Position numbers and translations under genes: made by a program. From contig DBRV01000003.1 in NCBI GenBank assembly GCA_002306385.1, positions 861-64,860 of the forward strand: a DNA stretch of 64,000 nucleotides, given 5' to 3'. The notes beneath the pieces are model-generated. The model made no database searches. It was not told where the DNA came from and was given only the letters and a program-made list of their open reading frames with translations. Positions 31,524 to 42,238 of the stretch are shown here, piece after piece. Origin of the DNA: Candidatus Falkowbacteria bacterium UBA1359 (lineage in GTDB: Bacteria > Patescibacteriota > Patescibacteriia > Patescibacteriales > Patescibacteriaceae). How positions within the stretch are numbered: position 1 is the first letter of the stretch; each line of letters opens with the position of its first letter.

Positions 31524-32558
31524 ATGCTTTTCTTCCGCTATGGTGAAGAAAGTTTTCAGATTCAGCGGGATTATAAACAGCAACTAAGAGAATTAGATTC
31601 TAATACTGTTGCCAGCCTGCAGTCTTTTAATATACCCGAAACAGATTGGTTAGAACTTAATAACAGTCTTAACAATCCATCACTTTTCCAGTCTACTAAG
31701 ATTATTACTCTTAATAATTTATTGAGTGGCAAAAATTCAATAGTAGAAAATGGATTAATTAATGAATTAAAAAAAGAAACAACAATTATTGAGTCGCCAT
31801 CTATCTATTTGTTTATTAATGACTATAATCTAGGAATGAAATATCTGGCGGGAAAACAACGGCCGGTAATCCTAGGAGGTGATGGGCGAACGAAACCACT
31901 TAATAAAAATGAGCAAGAATTATTTTTACTTCTTACTCAGAAGGCTAAATTAGTAAAATATTATCCAAAACTAAAAGGACTGGGTGCAGAAAAATTCTTA
32001 GAGCAGCTTATTAAAGAAAGAAATATAGAGCTTACTCCAGCTGCTAAAAAATTATTATTAGAACTAACTGGTGGTAATTTCTGGCAGATTTATCACGAGC
32101 TTAATAAATTAGCCAACTATATTGCTGGTAGTGACCACAAAGAAATCGCTAATGCCGATGATGTTAATCTTTTAGTAAATAACACCACCAAACATTTATT
32201 TGAATTTATAGAGGCCTTTTGTAACCAAAAATTAGCCCAGACAACCAAATTAACTGAAGAGATTTTTAACGATGAAGATGGTATTGCCACTTTCTTAGCC
32301 CTACTTAATCGACAAGTACTCCAATTTTTAGACATCAAAACCCGCCTAGAGGCAGGACAATCTTTAATAGAAATTGAAAAATCACTTAACCTACCAAAAA
32401 GTGTGAGTCAAAAATTAATTAATCAAGCCTCAAAACTAAAAAGAGACAGTTTAATTCAATTATTAGACAATTTAACAAAATTTAATTGGTCAACTAAACA
32501 AAGCCATGGGAATGAGGCGGCTCTTTTTACTCTTCTTACTATAGCTCATGCTAGATAA
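31524..32558 (+). CDS. holA: DNA polymerase III delta subunit (HolA-like)
   Basis: Size, position next to dnaN, the N-terminal YGEESFQI motif and a helical C-terminal half. This is a weak motif-level call. Confidence 0.5.
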   Translation: MLFFRYGEESFQIQRDYKQQLRELDSNTVASLQSFNIPETDWLELNNSLNNPSLFQSTKIITLNNLLSGKNSIVENGLINELKKETTIIESPSIYLFINDYNLGMKYLAGKQRPVILGGDGRTKPLNKNEQELFLLLTQKAKLVKYYPKLKGLGAEKFLEQLIKERNIELTPAAKKLLLELTGGNFWQIYHELNKLANYIAGSDHKEIANADDVNLLVNNTTKHLFEFIEAFCNQKLAQTTKLTEEIFNDEDGIATFLALLNRQVLQFLDIKTRLEAGQSLIEIEKSLNLPKSVSQKLINQASKLKRDSLIQLLDNLTKFNWSTKQSHGNEAALFTLLTIAHAR

Positions 32559-33695
32559 TTATTTACGAAGGGGGACTACAATATATTGATATTCATTACT
32601 ACCGGGTAGAGTTATTTCACATGCACTAATACCATCAATTATTTTGAATAAAACCTGATTAACCGGAAGAATATTAAGGCAATCTAATAAATAGCGATAA
32701 TTTAAGCGGATAGAGTTATCTTTACCATTTATTTGGGCAGCTAATTTTGCCTGATGGCTTCCAATTTGTCCTGACACAGCTTCAATTATTATTTCTTGCT
32801 GATCAGCATTAATAGTCAAATCAACGGCATTAGAATTGGCGCTAAAAATGGAGGCCATTTTTATGGCTCTTAAAAATTCTCCTCGGTCAATAGTTATTTC
32901 AGTTTTAAAATCAGTAGGAATAACTTGAATATAATCAGGATAATGTCCTTCAATTAAACGGGACACTATCTCTATTCCTTGATAAACAAATAAGACTTGA
33001 TTGTCAGCGATATGTATCTGTATTTGATCACTATCTTCAGTTAATTCATCGTTGGAAAAATTAATAATTCTTGCTAATTCCTGCATGGTCTTAAAAGGAA
33101 CAATAATTTTAAGTCCTTCTGAATCTAGAGTGCCAAAATCTAGATGAAAATTAATTTCTTTTTTAGCTAAACGGAAACTATCTGTAGATACTAGATTGAT
33201 ATATTTATTATTAATATCGAATAAAACCCCAGTTAATTCTAGCCGATTATCAGTAGGATTAATGGCAAATAAAAGTTGATTAAGGGCCAACTTTAAATCA
33301 GAAACAGCTAAAGTGAGACTGATTTTTTTATCAATTTGAGGAATTACTGGAAAATCTTCAGCATTTTGTCCTTTTATAATAGTATTGTATTTTTTACAAT
33401 TAATTTTTAAATCTTGTTTATTTATTAATTGAATATCAATTTTTTCGTTAGGCAAAAGAGCAATATAATCACTAAAAATTTTAGCATCTATAGCAATTGC
33501 TCCCTCTTTATTAACTTTACCTCTAATTTGCTTAGTGATGCCTATTTCTAAGTTAGTAGCTGCTAAAGTAATAATGTTATCTTTTGCTTTAATTAAAATA
33601 TTATTTAAAATAGGCATACTAAGATTTTTTTCGGCAATATGGCTAACAATGGTTAATCCTTGATGTAAATTTTTTTGAAGAATAGTTAATTGCAT
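32559..33695 (-). CDS. dnaN: DNA polymerase III beta sliding clamp
   Basis: 378 aa with a three-domain clamp pattern (MQLTILQKNLHQGL..., LEITGVLF, SFRLA), immediately downstream of dnaA. Confidence 0.9.
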   Translation of the reverse strand: MQLTILQKNLHQGLTIVSHIAEKNLSMPILNNILIKAKDNIITLAATNLEIGITKQIRGKVNKEGAIAIDAKIFSDYIALLPNEKIDIQLINKQDLKINCKKYNTIIKGQNAEDFPVIPQIDKKISLTLAVSDLKLALNQLLFAINPTDNRLELTGVLFDINNKYINLVSTDSFRLAKKEINFHLDFGTLDSEGLKIIVPFKTMQELARIINFSNDELTEDSDQIQIHIADNQVLFVYQGIEIVSRLIEGHYPDYIQVIPTDFKTEITIDRGEFLRAIKMASIFSANSNAVDLTINADQQEIIIEAVSGQIGSHQAKLAAQINGKDNSIRLNYRYLLDCLNILPVNQVLFKIIDGISACEITLPGSNEYQYIVVPLRK

Positions 33696-33896
33696 AATAA
33701 TTATTTTAATATAGATTATATTATTAATAATAGCTGGAAAAAAGTTGATAAGTCTTTTTTACGTATAATATTAGTTAAAAATATTAGTATTTGAATTGTG
33801 GATAAAGAGAGAAATTATTGTTAATAACAAGTATATAAATTAATTAAAAATTTTTAGTCAGTGGATAAATAAAAGTTATAAACTATTTAATCACAA
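33696..33896. other. oriC part 1: AT-rich dnaA-dnaN intergenic region with DnaA boxes
   Basis: Perfect TGTGGATAA at 33797-33805. AGTGGATAA at 33860-33868. AGTTGATAA-like at about 33743. A very AT-rich tract at 33696-33790. Confidence 0.6.
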
Positions 33897-35282
33897 TTAA
33901 TACACCGAAGTAATTGATTGAGATATTTGTTCAATATCTTGTCTAATTTTAGAATTATTTTGAATATCTCGCTCAATTTTCGCACAAGCATGCATCGCAG
34001 TAGTATGGTCTCGTCCACCTAATTCTTGACCAATAAAAGGGAAAGAAGCATCCATTCTGGTTCTTAATAAATACATAGCTATTTGTCTGGGGATAACCAA
34101 TTCTTTTTTACGGCTACTGCCGGTAAGTTCAGATAAATTTAGGTTATAAAAATTAGCCACCGCTTCTAATATTTTTTGGGGAGTAGATAGATTATTAGCT
34201 TGAATGGAAATAAAAAAATCTTTTAGTACTTGCTTGGCGATAGATAAATCTGGTTCACAATTATGGAATTGGCAGAAACCAATAATTCTATTAAGTGCTC
34301 CCTCTAGTTCACGAATATTATTACTAATATTCGTGGCAATGTATTGAATAATTGATTGGTCTAAGGGAAAGTTTTTCTGTTGGCATTTAGAATTTAAGAT
34401 AGCCATTCTGGTTTCTAAATCAGGTTGCCCAATATCAGCAACCATACCCCATTCAAAACGCGTAATAAGACGAGCCTCTACAGCTTTCATATTTCTCGGT
34501 GAACGGTCAGAAGTAATAACTATTTGTTTATTGGCTCGGTGGAGCTGATCAAAAGTATAAAAAAATTCTTGTTGGGTACCATCTTTGCCAGCCATAAATT
34601 GTATGTCGTCAACTAGTAATAAGTCTACATTTCTGTAGACACTCTTAAAAGTATTACCCTGTCCATGATAGACGGCATCAACATAATCATTAGTAAATTT
34701 TTCTGAGGTAACATATAGGACTTTTTTACCAGATTTGAGTACTTCATGACCAATAGCTTGGAGAAGGTGAGTTTTACCTAAACCGACGCCACCATAGATA
34801 AAAAGAGGGTTATATGTTTCTCCGGGTTGGCGGATAGCTGCCCATGAAGCGGCATGAGCTAATTCATTATGTTTACCTACGATAAAGGTTTCAAAAGTAT
34901 ATTTAGGATTAAGACCAGCTGCCAGGCAAAGTGATTCATCTTTTGAGGGGTTAGTTTTATAGGCCTTATTCTCTTTTTCTTCAGGAGGGTCAGGAGCAAG
35001 AAAATTGCTTTTAGCTTCCTTGGGCTTAGTTTTGATAATATATTTTATCCCTTTAAGCTTATTACCGGTAACTTTATAAAAAGTTTTAGTAATATCTTTG
35101 GAAAATTTATTTTCAAACCAAGCCTGAGTGAAGGCATTAGGAACACCAATAGTTAAAATGTCATCTTGATAATCAAAAATAAAAGAATTCTTAAACCAGG
35201 TGGTAAAACTGGCTTTAGACATGTTCAGTTCAGCTTCACTAAGGATAGCTTGCCAAATTTGTTCTAGGGAGGAGTGATCCAT
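33897..35282 (-). CDS. dnaA: chromosomal replication initiator DnaA
   Basis: Walker A GGVGLGKTHL, Walker B LLLVDDIQF, and the DNA-binding domain VIPRQIAMYL...GGRDHTT. Confidence 0.97.
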   Translation of the reverse strand: MDHSSLEQIWQAILSEAELNMSKASFTTWFKNSFIFDYQDDILTIGVPNAFTQAWFENKFSKDITKTFYKVTGNKLKGIKYIIKTKPKEAKSNFLAPDPPEEKENKAYKTNPSKDESLCLAAGLNPKYTFETFIVGKHNELAHAASWAAIRQPGETYNPLFIYGGVGLGKTHLLQAIGHEVLKSGKKVLYVTSEKFTNDYVDAVYHGQGNTFKSVYRNVDLLLVDDIQFMAGKDGTQQEFFYTFDQLHRANKQIVITSDRSPRNMKAVEARLITRFEWGMVADIGQPDLETRMAILNSKCQQKNFPLDQSIIQYIATNISNNIRELEGALNRIIGFCQFHNCEPDLSIAKQVLKDFFISIQANNLSTPQKILEAVANFYNLNLSELTGSSRKKELVIPRQIAMYLLRTRMDASFPFIGQELGGRDHTTAMHACAKIERDIQNNSKIRQDIEQISQSITSVY

Positions 35283-35467
35283 AGATGGGGGCTTATTTTG
35301 ATTTTATTATAACAGGCTTATTTTTTTCGGCAACCCATTAAAAAGTTGATAACTTTGTTGATAAAATGTGGATAATAAAATCATTATAAGTATTGACCAA
35401 GGTTTAATAAACTGATATGCTCTTGCTAGACTATATCACTAAAGGAGTCTTTTTAACTTTTGATAAT
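35283..35467. other. oriC part 2 / dnaA-rpmH divergent control region with three co-oriented DnaA boxes and an rpmH promoter
   Basis: AGTTGATAA at 35344-35352, TGTTGATAA at 35356-35364, perfect TGTGGATAA at 35367-35375. TTGACC-17-TATGCT at 35393-35421. Confidence 0.6.
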
Positions 35468-35605
35468 ATGCCGAAACGAACTTATCAACCTAATAATTTA
35501 CGAGCTAAGAAGAAGCATGGTTTTTTAGAAAGAATGATGACTAAAAGTGGTCGTAGTGTTTTACGTCGCCGCCGTAATAAGGGGCGCCAGAGATTAACCA
35601 AATAG
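35468..35605 (+). CDS. rpmH: 50S ribosomal protein L34
   Basis: [23 protein letters not shown]...[12 protein letters not shown]. Start moved to ATG 35468 because the track start at 35417 lies inside the promoter -10. Confidence 0.95.
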   Translation: MPKRTYQPNNLRAKKKHGFLERMMTKSGRSVLRRRRNKGRQRLTK

Positions 35606-35625
35606 TTCTTGGTTAATCTTGTTCT

Positions 35626-35970
35626 ATGCTTAAAAAACAAAATCGTTTAACCAAGAAGAAAGATTTTGACCGTCTTTTTAGATCAGCCGAGGCTAAATAT
35701 TATGGTAAATTGTTGGGTGTTAGAATAGTGGCTAATGGATTAGATTATAATCGCTTTGGCTTTGTCGTTAGTCGTCGTTACTGTCATTTAGCCGTAGAAC
35801 GTAATTTAATTAGGCGTCGTTTAGCAACCATAGTAGAAGAAAATTTATCCAAGATGGTTGGAGGCCACGATATTGTGATTGTTGTTATTGCTCCCTGGCC
35901 CCTTTTAAAGTTTATTGACTTAAGACAAGAGTTAATTAATGCTTGGAAAAAACTAAAATTAATAGTATGA
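35626..35970 (+). CDS. rnpA: RNase P protein component
   Basis: [17 protein letters not shown]..., basic, 114 aa, in the canonical position after rpmH. Confidence 0.9.
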   Translation: MLKKQNRLTKKKDFDRLFRSAEAKYYGKLLGVRIVANGLDYNRFGFVVSRRYCHLAVERNLIRRRLATIVEENLSKMVGGHDIVIVVIAPWPLLKFIDLRQELINAWKKLKLIV

Positions 35971-36233
35971 TAAGGGTTATTAAGTTCTTAGAGCAAATTG
36001 TAATCAATTTAATAATTGCTATTATTTCAGGGTATCAAAAAACCTTGTCACCAGATCATGGTTGGTTTAAAAAGTATTTTCCTTATGGCTGTTGTCGTTT
36101 TCGGCCAACCTGTTCAGAATATGCCCAGGCGGCCCTAAAAAAATACGGCTTAATCAAGGGAAGTCTAATATCTATTAATCGCATCTTACATTGTCATCCC
36201 TGGTCCTCGGGTGGTTGGGATCCAGTTCGCTAA
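35967..36233 (+). CDS. yidD: membrane protein insertion efficiency factor YidD
   Basis: [10 protein letters not shown]...[19 protein letters not shown]...[11 protein letters not shown] 35967 forms an ATGA overlap with the rnpA stop (the track begins at TTG 35943). Confidence 0.85.
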   Translation: MIRVIKFLEQIVINLIIAIISGYQKTLSPDHGWFKKYFPYGCCRFRPTCSEYAQAALKKYGLIKGSLISINRILHCHPWSSGGWDPVR

Positions 36234-36238
36234 TTTTT

Positions 36239-36958
36239 ATGAAGCATTTATTTACTATTCTTTTTTATCAGCCAGTACTCAATCTTCTGGTTTGGTTTTA
36301 TAATATTTTGCCTGGTCATGACATGGGAGTAGTTATTATTGCTCTAACAATCCTGGTTAAGTTAATTTTGTGGCCACTTTCTCAGAAGTCGTTAAAGTCG
36401 CAACAGGCCATTAATCGTCTTCAGCCAAAAATTAAAGAAATTCAAAATAAATATAAAAATGACAAGGAAAAACAGGGTCAGGCCCTAATGGATCTTTATC
36501 GTCAAGAAAAGGTTAACCCCGCCTCTTCTTGTTTGCCCCTTTTAATTCAGTTGCCACTATTATGGGCGGTGTTTATGGTTTTTCGTGATGGTCTTTCTAA
36601 CCAGTCGCTATCATTGGTCTATCCATTTATTAGTAGACCAGAATTGTTAAAAACTACATTTTTTGGTATAATAGATTTAGCTAAACCAAATGAAATTTTG
36701 GCAGTAGCTACAGGATTAGTTCAATTTTTTCAGAGTAAAATTTCGGCTCATTATACTATGCCTGCTAATACTGGTAATGGCCGGGCAGATAATCTTACGG
36801 CAATGATGAGCAAGCAGATGATATTTATGATGCCCATTATGACAGTTATAATCTGTTGGACTCTACCGAGTGGTTTAGCAATGTATTGGTTGTTTTCTAG
36901 TCTCTTTACAATTTTTCAGCAGCTTTATTGGTTTAAAAAGACTCCTAAGTCAAATTAA
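36239..36958 (+). CDS. yidC: membrane protein insertase YidC (short form)
   Basis: QKSLKSQQAINRLQPKIKEIQNKYKNDKEKQ...LYRQEKVNP..CLPLLIQLP. Start set at ATG 36239, just after the yidD stop. Confidence 0.9.
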   Translation: MKHLFTILFYQPVLNLLVWFYNILPGHDMGVVIIALTILVKLILWPLSQKSLKSQQAINRLQPKIKEIQNKYKNDKEKQGQALMDLYRQEKVNPASSCLPLLIQLPLLWAVFMVFRDGLSNQSLSLVYPFISRPELLKTTFFGIIDLAKPNEILAVATGLVQFFQSKISAHYTMPANTGNGRADNLTAMMSKQMIFMMPIMTVIICWTLPSGLAMYWLFSSLFTIFQQLYWFKKTPKSN

Positions 36959-36966
36959 ATATTTCT

Positions 36967-37950
36967 ATGATCAATTATAAAAATATACTGAAGCAAACTT
37001 GGCAGATAACCATTAAAAATCGATGGTTATGGGTAATGGGTTTATTTGCTGCTTTGCTTAGTAATGTCAATCAATATACCAGTTTATTAAATGCTTTTGA
37101 TGGAAGTGGCTGGTCTAGATTTTTGAACTCTCTTTCTGTTTATTGGAATTATGGTTTATCTTTGATTAATATTTCCTCTCATAATCCTTTACTTTTATTA
37201 CTGTGTTTATTAGCTTTAGTATTAATTATTGGTTTATTGTTTCTTGCTGTTAATAGTCAGATTGTATTAGTCCAGAAAATACAGCATAGTATAAAATCTG
37301 AAGGGAAGAAGTCCCTACCTCTTCCCCGGGTAAGTTTTTGGCAACAGATCAAAAATAATTGGCCAATTTTTTGGCCGACAGTAGGTATTATTGTTACTGT
37401 TAAATTAATTCTATTATTTGGATTATTGATAATAAGTTTAGGCATGACAGGAGCTTATTTAATTAGACAGCCAATTATCAGCGTTTTTGTTTATATTGTA
37501 TTAGTTTTACTATTCCTGGTTTTAATTTGGTTAATAGGTACCTGGGGCTTTTATTGGCTTCTACTCTTTTTGTCTGACAAGAAAAGTGATTGGTTGGCTT
37601 CAGCCAAGGAGGCTTGGCATATACTCTGTGAAAATTTATTGGCCAGCTTAGGGATTTTTATTATTGTAGTTTTAATCAATTTAGTAGTTTATTTGTTGTG
37701 GATTTTTATTATGGGTCTATTAGCTATACCTTATTCACTTTTGTCTTTACTCTTAATAAGATACCTATCATTTAGCGAAGTGCCACTTATTATTATTGCC
37801 CAGATTTTATTAATAGCCGGTTTAATGTTTGTTGTGGGCATAGTGACTGTGTTTGAATATAGTTTATGGCTTAGTTTTATAGACAAATTGCCCAATAAAA
37901 GTAACAAAAATATTATCAGAAGAGTTAGTCACGCTTTTCATCGCCAGTAA
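36967..37950 (+). CDS. hypothetical polytopic membrane protein
   Basis: ORF-track ORF with 6 or more TM helices. No family recognised. Confidence 0.55.
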   Translation: MINYKNILKQTWQITIKNRWLWVMGLFAALLSNVNQYTSLLNAFDGSGWSRFLNSLSVYWNYGLSLINISSHNPLLLLLCLLALVLIIGLLFLAVNSQIVLVQKIQHSIKSEGKKSLPLPRVSFWQQIKNNWPIFWPTVGIIVTVKLILLFGLLIISLGMTGAYLIRQPIISVFVYIVLVLLFLVLIWLIGTWGFYWLLLFLSDKKSDWLASAKEAWHILCENLLASLGIFIIVVLINLVVYLLWIFIMGLLAIPYSLLSLLLIRYLSFSEVPLIIIAQILLIAGLMFVVGIVTVFEYSLWLSFIDKLPNKSNKNIIRRVSHAFHRQ

Positions 37951-37965
37951 GTATAATTAAAATTT

Positions 37966-38007
37966 ATATCTATAAAAACCCACTAAAATGTGGGTTTTTA
38001 TAGATAT
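37966..38007 (+). terminator. intrinsic terminator (18-bp perfect inverted repeat, core AAAAACCCAC/GTGGGTTTTT)
   Basis: ATATCTATAAAAACCCAC-taaaat-GTGGGTTTTTATAGATAT. Confidence 0.7.
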
Positions 38008-38083
38008 AAACGTTGACTTCTAAGGAAAAATATTATAAAGTAAGGACAAAATAAATTTTTCCTAAAGGATTATAATCATTTTT

Positions 38084-40051
38084 ATGAATATTACAGAATT
38101 AGCACGTCGCCTTAGGGTTTCACCTCAAGAGTTAAGAGATACGTTGCCTAAGATTGGTTTTGATATTGGTCAAAAGGCTATTAAGATAGATCAATATTTG
38201 GCTCAACGTATTATTAGGGAATGGCCACGACTGACTCGTGACTTAAAAAATCGTGAGGAGCGAGAGCGACAACAAGAAGAAGCAGTAGCCACAGCTCGAG
38301 CTGAAAGGCGAGTAGTTAAAATAGGTCCAGTCATCACCGTTAAAGACCTGGCCAATGTTTTTGGTTTGCCAGTAAATCGTATTTTGACTGAATTAATGCA
38401 GAATGGAATATTTGCCTCACTTAACGAGAAGATAGATTTTGATACAGCAACTATTATTGGTAGTGAATTAGGAATAGGAGTAGTGGCTTCTGAAGAAGAA
38501 GCGATGGATAATGATATTAATGAATTAAAAGAAGCAGAAAATATATCTGGTTCTAATAATTTAATAGTTAGGCCACCAATTGTTGTGGTAATGGGTCATG
38601 TTGATCATGGAAAGACTCAATTATTAGATGCTATTCGTCATACTGATGTAGTAGCAACTGAGGCTGGAGGTATTACTCAACATATTGGAGCGTATCAGAT
38701 TAGTCGTAAAGATAAGGAGGTTACTTTTGTAGATACTCCAGGCCATGAAGCTTTTACCGCTATGCGTAAACGAGGAGCTAAAGTGGCTGATTTAGCTATT
38801 TTAGTAATAGCAGCTGATGATGGAATTAAGCCGCAGACTATTGAAGCTTATCGAATTATTAAAGAGGCTAAGATTCCTTTTGTAGTCGCTATAAACAAAA
38901 TTGATAAACCAGAGGCTAATGTTGACAGAGTGAAGCAGGAGCTAGCTAATGAACTTGGCCTTGTACCCGAGGAGTGGGGTGGTAAGGCAATTATTTGTTC
39001 AGTTTCAGCTAGATATGGCCAGGGAATAGATGAGCTTTTGGATACTATTTTATTGTTAGCTGATTTGAACGCCGAGGCTCGATTAGCTGATCCTCTAGCT
39101 AAGGCAGTGGGGACTATTATTGAGTCTCATATAGATAAAGGGGAGGGGCCAGTAGCTACCGTTTTAGTCCATAATGGGACTTTAAAGATTGGCGATAATC
39201 TGATGTGCAATCAACAATATTATGGTAAGGTACGTGCTTTAAAAGATTATCGTGGTCAGTTAATCCAAGAAGCTGGTCCATCTACTCCAGTAAAGGTTAT
39301 TGGCCTTAGGGCAACACCAGAAATTGGTGATATAGTAAGGGTAGAATCTGTAGAACATAGAAATAAAACCAAAATAATTGCCAAACAAGAAAATCAAGCC
39401 ATCATTACTAAAGTGCAGGATGATAATTCTTTTAAAGGGACCCCAATTAATTTAGTGATAAAAACTGATGTTTATGGTAGTGGCGAGGCCATTGAGGAGT
39501 CTCTTTTAAAGTTAAATAATGAAGAGGTAGCCGTTCGAATTATTTATCGTGGGCTAGGAAATATTACCGAAGGAGATGTTGTCAGGGCTGCAGCTAATCA
39601 GGCTAAGGTTATTGGTTTTAATGTTGGAGTAAATGCCCAAGTTGAAGATTTAGCTAGAGACAAGGGGGTACTTATTGAAAGATATCAAATTATTTATGAT
39701 TTGATAGATAAGGTTAGACAAGATATGCAGGCCCTAATGAAGCCAGAGATTAAACGAATAAATTTAGGGCAGGTTAAAGTGTTGGCAATTTTTAAACAAG
39801 AAGGAATGACTCAAATAGTAGGAGGCAAAGTCATAGAGGGCACTATTCGGGCCGATAGTCTATTGGAAGTTGTCCGGGGTGGGGAGGTTATTGGTCAAGG
39901 TAAATTAGTCCATTTGCAAGCCGGGCGGCAAGAGGTTAAAGAGGTTGTTACTGACCAAGAATGTGGTCTTCAGATAGAAAGCTTGGAAGTGCTTAAAGTA
40001 GGAGATATTTTACGGATTTATCGTGAAGATGAGGTTTTTAAAAAGATGTAA
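38084..40051 (+). CDS. infB: translation initiation factor IF-2
   Basis: G-domain motifs [13 protein letters not shown] and NKID. C-terminal IF-2 domains. Confidence 0.95.
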   Translation: MNITELARRLRVSPQELRDTLPKIGFDIGQKAIKIDQYLAQRIIREWPRLTRDLKNREERERQQEEAVATARAERRVVKIGPVITVKDLANVFGLPVNRILTELMQNGIFASLNEKIDFDTATIIGSELGIGVVASEEEAMDNDINELKEAENISGSNNLIVRPPIVVVMGHVDHGKTQLLDAIRHTDVVATEAGGITQHIGAYQISRKDKEVTFVDTPGHEAFTAMRKRGAKVADLAILVIAADDGIKPQTIEAYRIIKEAKIPFVVAINKIDKPEANVDRVKQELANELGLVPEEWGGKAIICSVSARYGQGIDELLDTILLLADLNAEARLADPLAKAVGTIIESHIDKGEGPVATVLVHNGTLKIGDNLMCNQQYYGKVRALKDYRGQLIQEAGPSTPVKVIGLRATPEIGDIVRVESVEHRNKTKIIAKQENQAIITKVQDDNSFKGTPINLVIKTDVYGSGEAIEESLLKLNNEEVAVRIIYRGLGNITEGDVVRAAANQAKVIGFNVGVNAQVEDLARDKGVLIERYQIIYDLIDKVRQDMQALMKPEIKRINLGQVKVLAIFKQEGMTQIVGGKVIEGTIRADSLLEVVRGGEVIGQGKLVHLQAGRQEVKEVVTDQECGLQIESLEVLKVGDILRIYREDEVFKKM

Positions 40052-40054
40052 TTT

Positions 40055-40387
40055 ATGATTCATAATTTTAAACGCGCCAATAAAACCCTGCAACGAGAGA
40101 TAGCCGATTTAGTTAATAAATTAATAGAATTTCCCGGAGGTTTATTATCTATTACTTATACCAGTTTAAATGCTGATTGTTTAGAAATGAAAGTTGGAGT
40201 ATCTGTACTTCCAATTAATTTGCGTGGTACAGCCTTAAGGAAATTAAGAAAGAAGTCGGCAGAAATTGCTAAATTTTTAGCTAAAAAATATCAATTGCCA
40301 CGAATACCTAGAATTATTTGGTTAATTGATGATTCGGCTGAAGAGGCGGACCATCTTAATTATTTAATCAATAAATTATCAAGCTGA
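40055..40387 (+). CDS. rbfA: ribosome-binding factor A
   Basis: 110 aa, immediately after infB. RANKTLQREIADLV is an RbfA-like N-terminus. Confidence 0.8.
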   Translation: MIHNFKRANKTLQREIADLVNKLIEFPGGLLSITYTSLNADCLEMKVGVSVLPINLRGTALRKLRKKSAEIAKFLAKKYQLPRIPRIIWLIDDSAEEADHLNYLINKLSS

Positions 40388-40393
40388 TTTTAT

Positions 40394-41359
40394 ATGGATA
40401 AAGTGGAAGCTCTTAAGGCCTGGTCGTTAATGCGTGAAGCCAAAAATTGGCTTATAGCTACTCATTTTAATCCAGACGGTGATGCCCTGGGGTCAGTTAA
40501 TACATTTTTAGAGCTAGCTGCCGCTATGAATAAGCCAGTAATGGCTTATTGTGCTAGTGCTCCTGATGACAAGTTTGGGTTTTTATCCAGAATTAACCAG
40601 TTAGCAAACAAGATAACTAAAGAGCAATTTGATGAATTCGACCTCATTATTACAGTAGATTGTGCCACAGCTAGCCGTAGTAAATTAAAAGAGTGGTTAT
40701 TTAGTCGCTCTGCTAATCAAATAGTTATTGAATTTGACCACCACGAGCGACAAGAAGATTATGCCGATATAAGTTTTAAGGAAAGTGGGGCGGCTGCTAC
40801 AGTAGAGATAATTTATAATTTTCTGTTAGCTAATGACTGGCCTATTAATGCGGAAATGGCCAAATCAATTCTGACTGGCCTATTAACCGACACTGGTAAT
40901 TTTTTATATTCTAATACTAACGATAAAATTGCTAAAATAGCGGCTAAAATGATGTTAATAGGGGCAAGGTTGCCTAAAATTGTAAGGCAGACTGTAACTA
41001 ATAAAAATTTAGCAGTTATGCATTTATGGGGTTTAGTTTTAAGTCGTCTTAAAATTAATTATGAATATTTAGTAGCCATAGCTACAGTAAAACAAAAAGA
41101 ACTATCTGAGTTTGGTTTAGGCGTTGATGATCTTACTGGTCTTACTGGTCTTATGAGTGGTCTCCAAGGAGTTAATGGTAGTTTATTATTAATAGAAACT
41201 GAGAATGGTCAAATTAAAGGAAGTTTGAGGTCTCATTTAACTAATATTGATATGTCCGAGCTGGCAAATTTTCTAGGAGGCGGTGGGCATCGTCAGGCTG
41301 CTGGTTTTTGCGTTAATGGTTCACTGGTGGAGGGAGGGGGACAAGTAATAGTATCATAG
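40394..41359 (+). CDS. DHH/DHHA1 phosphoesterase (NrnA-like oligoribonuclease/pAp phosphatase)
   Basis: Motifs HFNPDGDALGS, VDCA, DHH (FDHHER) and GGGGHRQAAGF. Confidence 0.8.
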   Translation: MDKVEALKAWSLMREAKNWLIATHFNPDGDALGSVNTFLELAAAMNKPVMAYCASAPDDKFGFLSRINQLANKITKEQFDEFDLIITVDCATASRSKLKEWLFSRSANQIVIEFDHHERQEDYADISFKESGAAATVEIIYNFLLANDWPINAEMAKSILTGLLTDTGNFLYSNTNDKIAKIAAKMMLIGARLPKIVRQTVTNKNLAVMHLWGLVLSRLKINYEYLVAIATVKQKELSEFGLGVDDLTGLTGLMSGLQGVNGSLLLIETENGQIKGSLRSHLTNIDMSELANFLGGGGHRQAAGFCVNGSLVEGGGQVIVS

Positions 41360-41418
41360 CTAATCTTTATTTATTGTGTTATACTTTTTATAAGTTAATT
41401 AATTTAAGCTATAAAAAT

Positions 41419-41664
41419 ATGGACAACATTATTAAAATTGTTAACAAAAAAATTAGGCAGATAGTTATTAGTTTAACTGTGGTTGGCATTCTGCTATTGA
41501 TTCTTAGTTTTTTAACAGTTTGGACTACCTTTATGGCCAAATTAGTTATGGGGATGGTAATTCTGCTATTGGCTTATGCCTTTTTATCCACAGCTTATAG
41601 ATTGTGGAAAATTCAGCAAGACATCAAAGATGTGTGGCAGATTAAAGATACAAAGATTAAATAA
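41419..41664 (+). CDS. hypothetical small membrane protein (2 TM)
   Basis: ORF-track ORF. ATG 41419 preferred over TTG 41374. Confidence 0.45.
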   Translation: MDNIIKIVNKKIRQIVISLTVVGILLLILSFLTVWTTFMAKLVMGMVILLLAYAFLSTAYRLWKIQQDIKDVWQIKDTKIK

Positions 41665-41671
41665 TTAGCTT

Positions 41672-42166
41672 ATGCCCAAAAGTAAGAAGTTCCCACGATG
41701 GATTTGGTTAGTAATTGCAATAATTATTATTGGTGGAATATTAATTTGGGTTATGAAAAATAGATCAGTACCCAATATGGATGAGTTAGGGCGAGATAAT
41801 TTATATCATTATAGAAATGAGGAGCTGGGATTTAGTTTGGATCTACCGCCAGAATTTATATATTATCAAGTAGAAAGATTTAATGCGGCTGATTATACTG
41901 AAATTAGATTTTTTGTACCAACTAGTGATCCAAACTATGTTTACGAGGTTGTTCCTAGTTATGCCAAGCCAATAGTTATTAGAGTTTATTCTGAAGCTGC
42001 TTGGAATCAATTAGAAGATGATGATGAGGGGAAACAGGCTTTTGAAAAAAAGATGACTAAAAATGGTCGGGTGTATGTAATCCAATTTTGGGACCACCAG
42101 CCAAGTGATTGGCAAGATAAATGGAGCGATGATATGAAGTCGGCCATAAGTGAATCTTTAAGATAG
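41672..42166 (+). CDS. hypothetical membrane-anchored protein
   Basis: ORF-track ORF with an N-terminal TM helix and an acidic Trp-rich ectodomain. Confidence 0.5.
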   Translation: MPKSKKFPRWIWLVIAIIIIGGILIWVMKNRSVPNMDELGRDNLYHYRNEELGFSLDLPPEFIYYQVERFNAADYTEIRFFVPTSDPNYVYEVVPSYAKPIVIRVYSEAAWNQLEDDDEGKQAFEKKMTKNGRVYVIQFWDHQPSDWQDKWSDDMKSAISESLR

Positions 42167-42172
42167 CTATTA

Positions 42173-42201
42173 ATATACCCGCTTTAAAGCGGGTATATTT
42201 T
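42173..42201 (+). terminator. intrinsic terminator ATATACCCGCT-ttaa-AGCGGGTATAT plus TTT
   Basis: An 11-bp perfect stem. It overlaps the TTG start proposed by the ORF track for polA, which argues for the ATG at 42239. Confidence 0.65.
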
Positions 42202-42238
42202 ATTGCTTAAAATAAGAGAAATCAATTATAATATTAAT

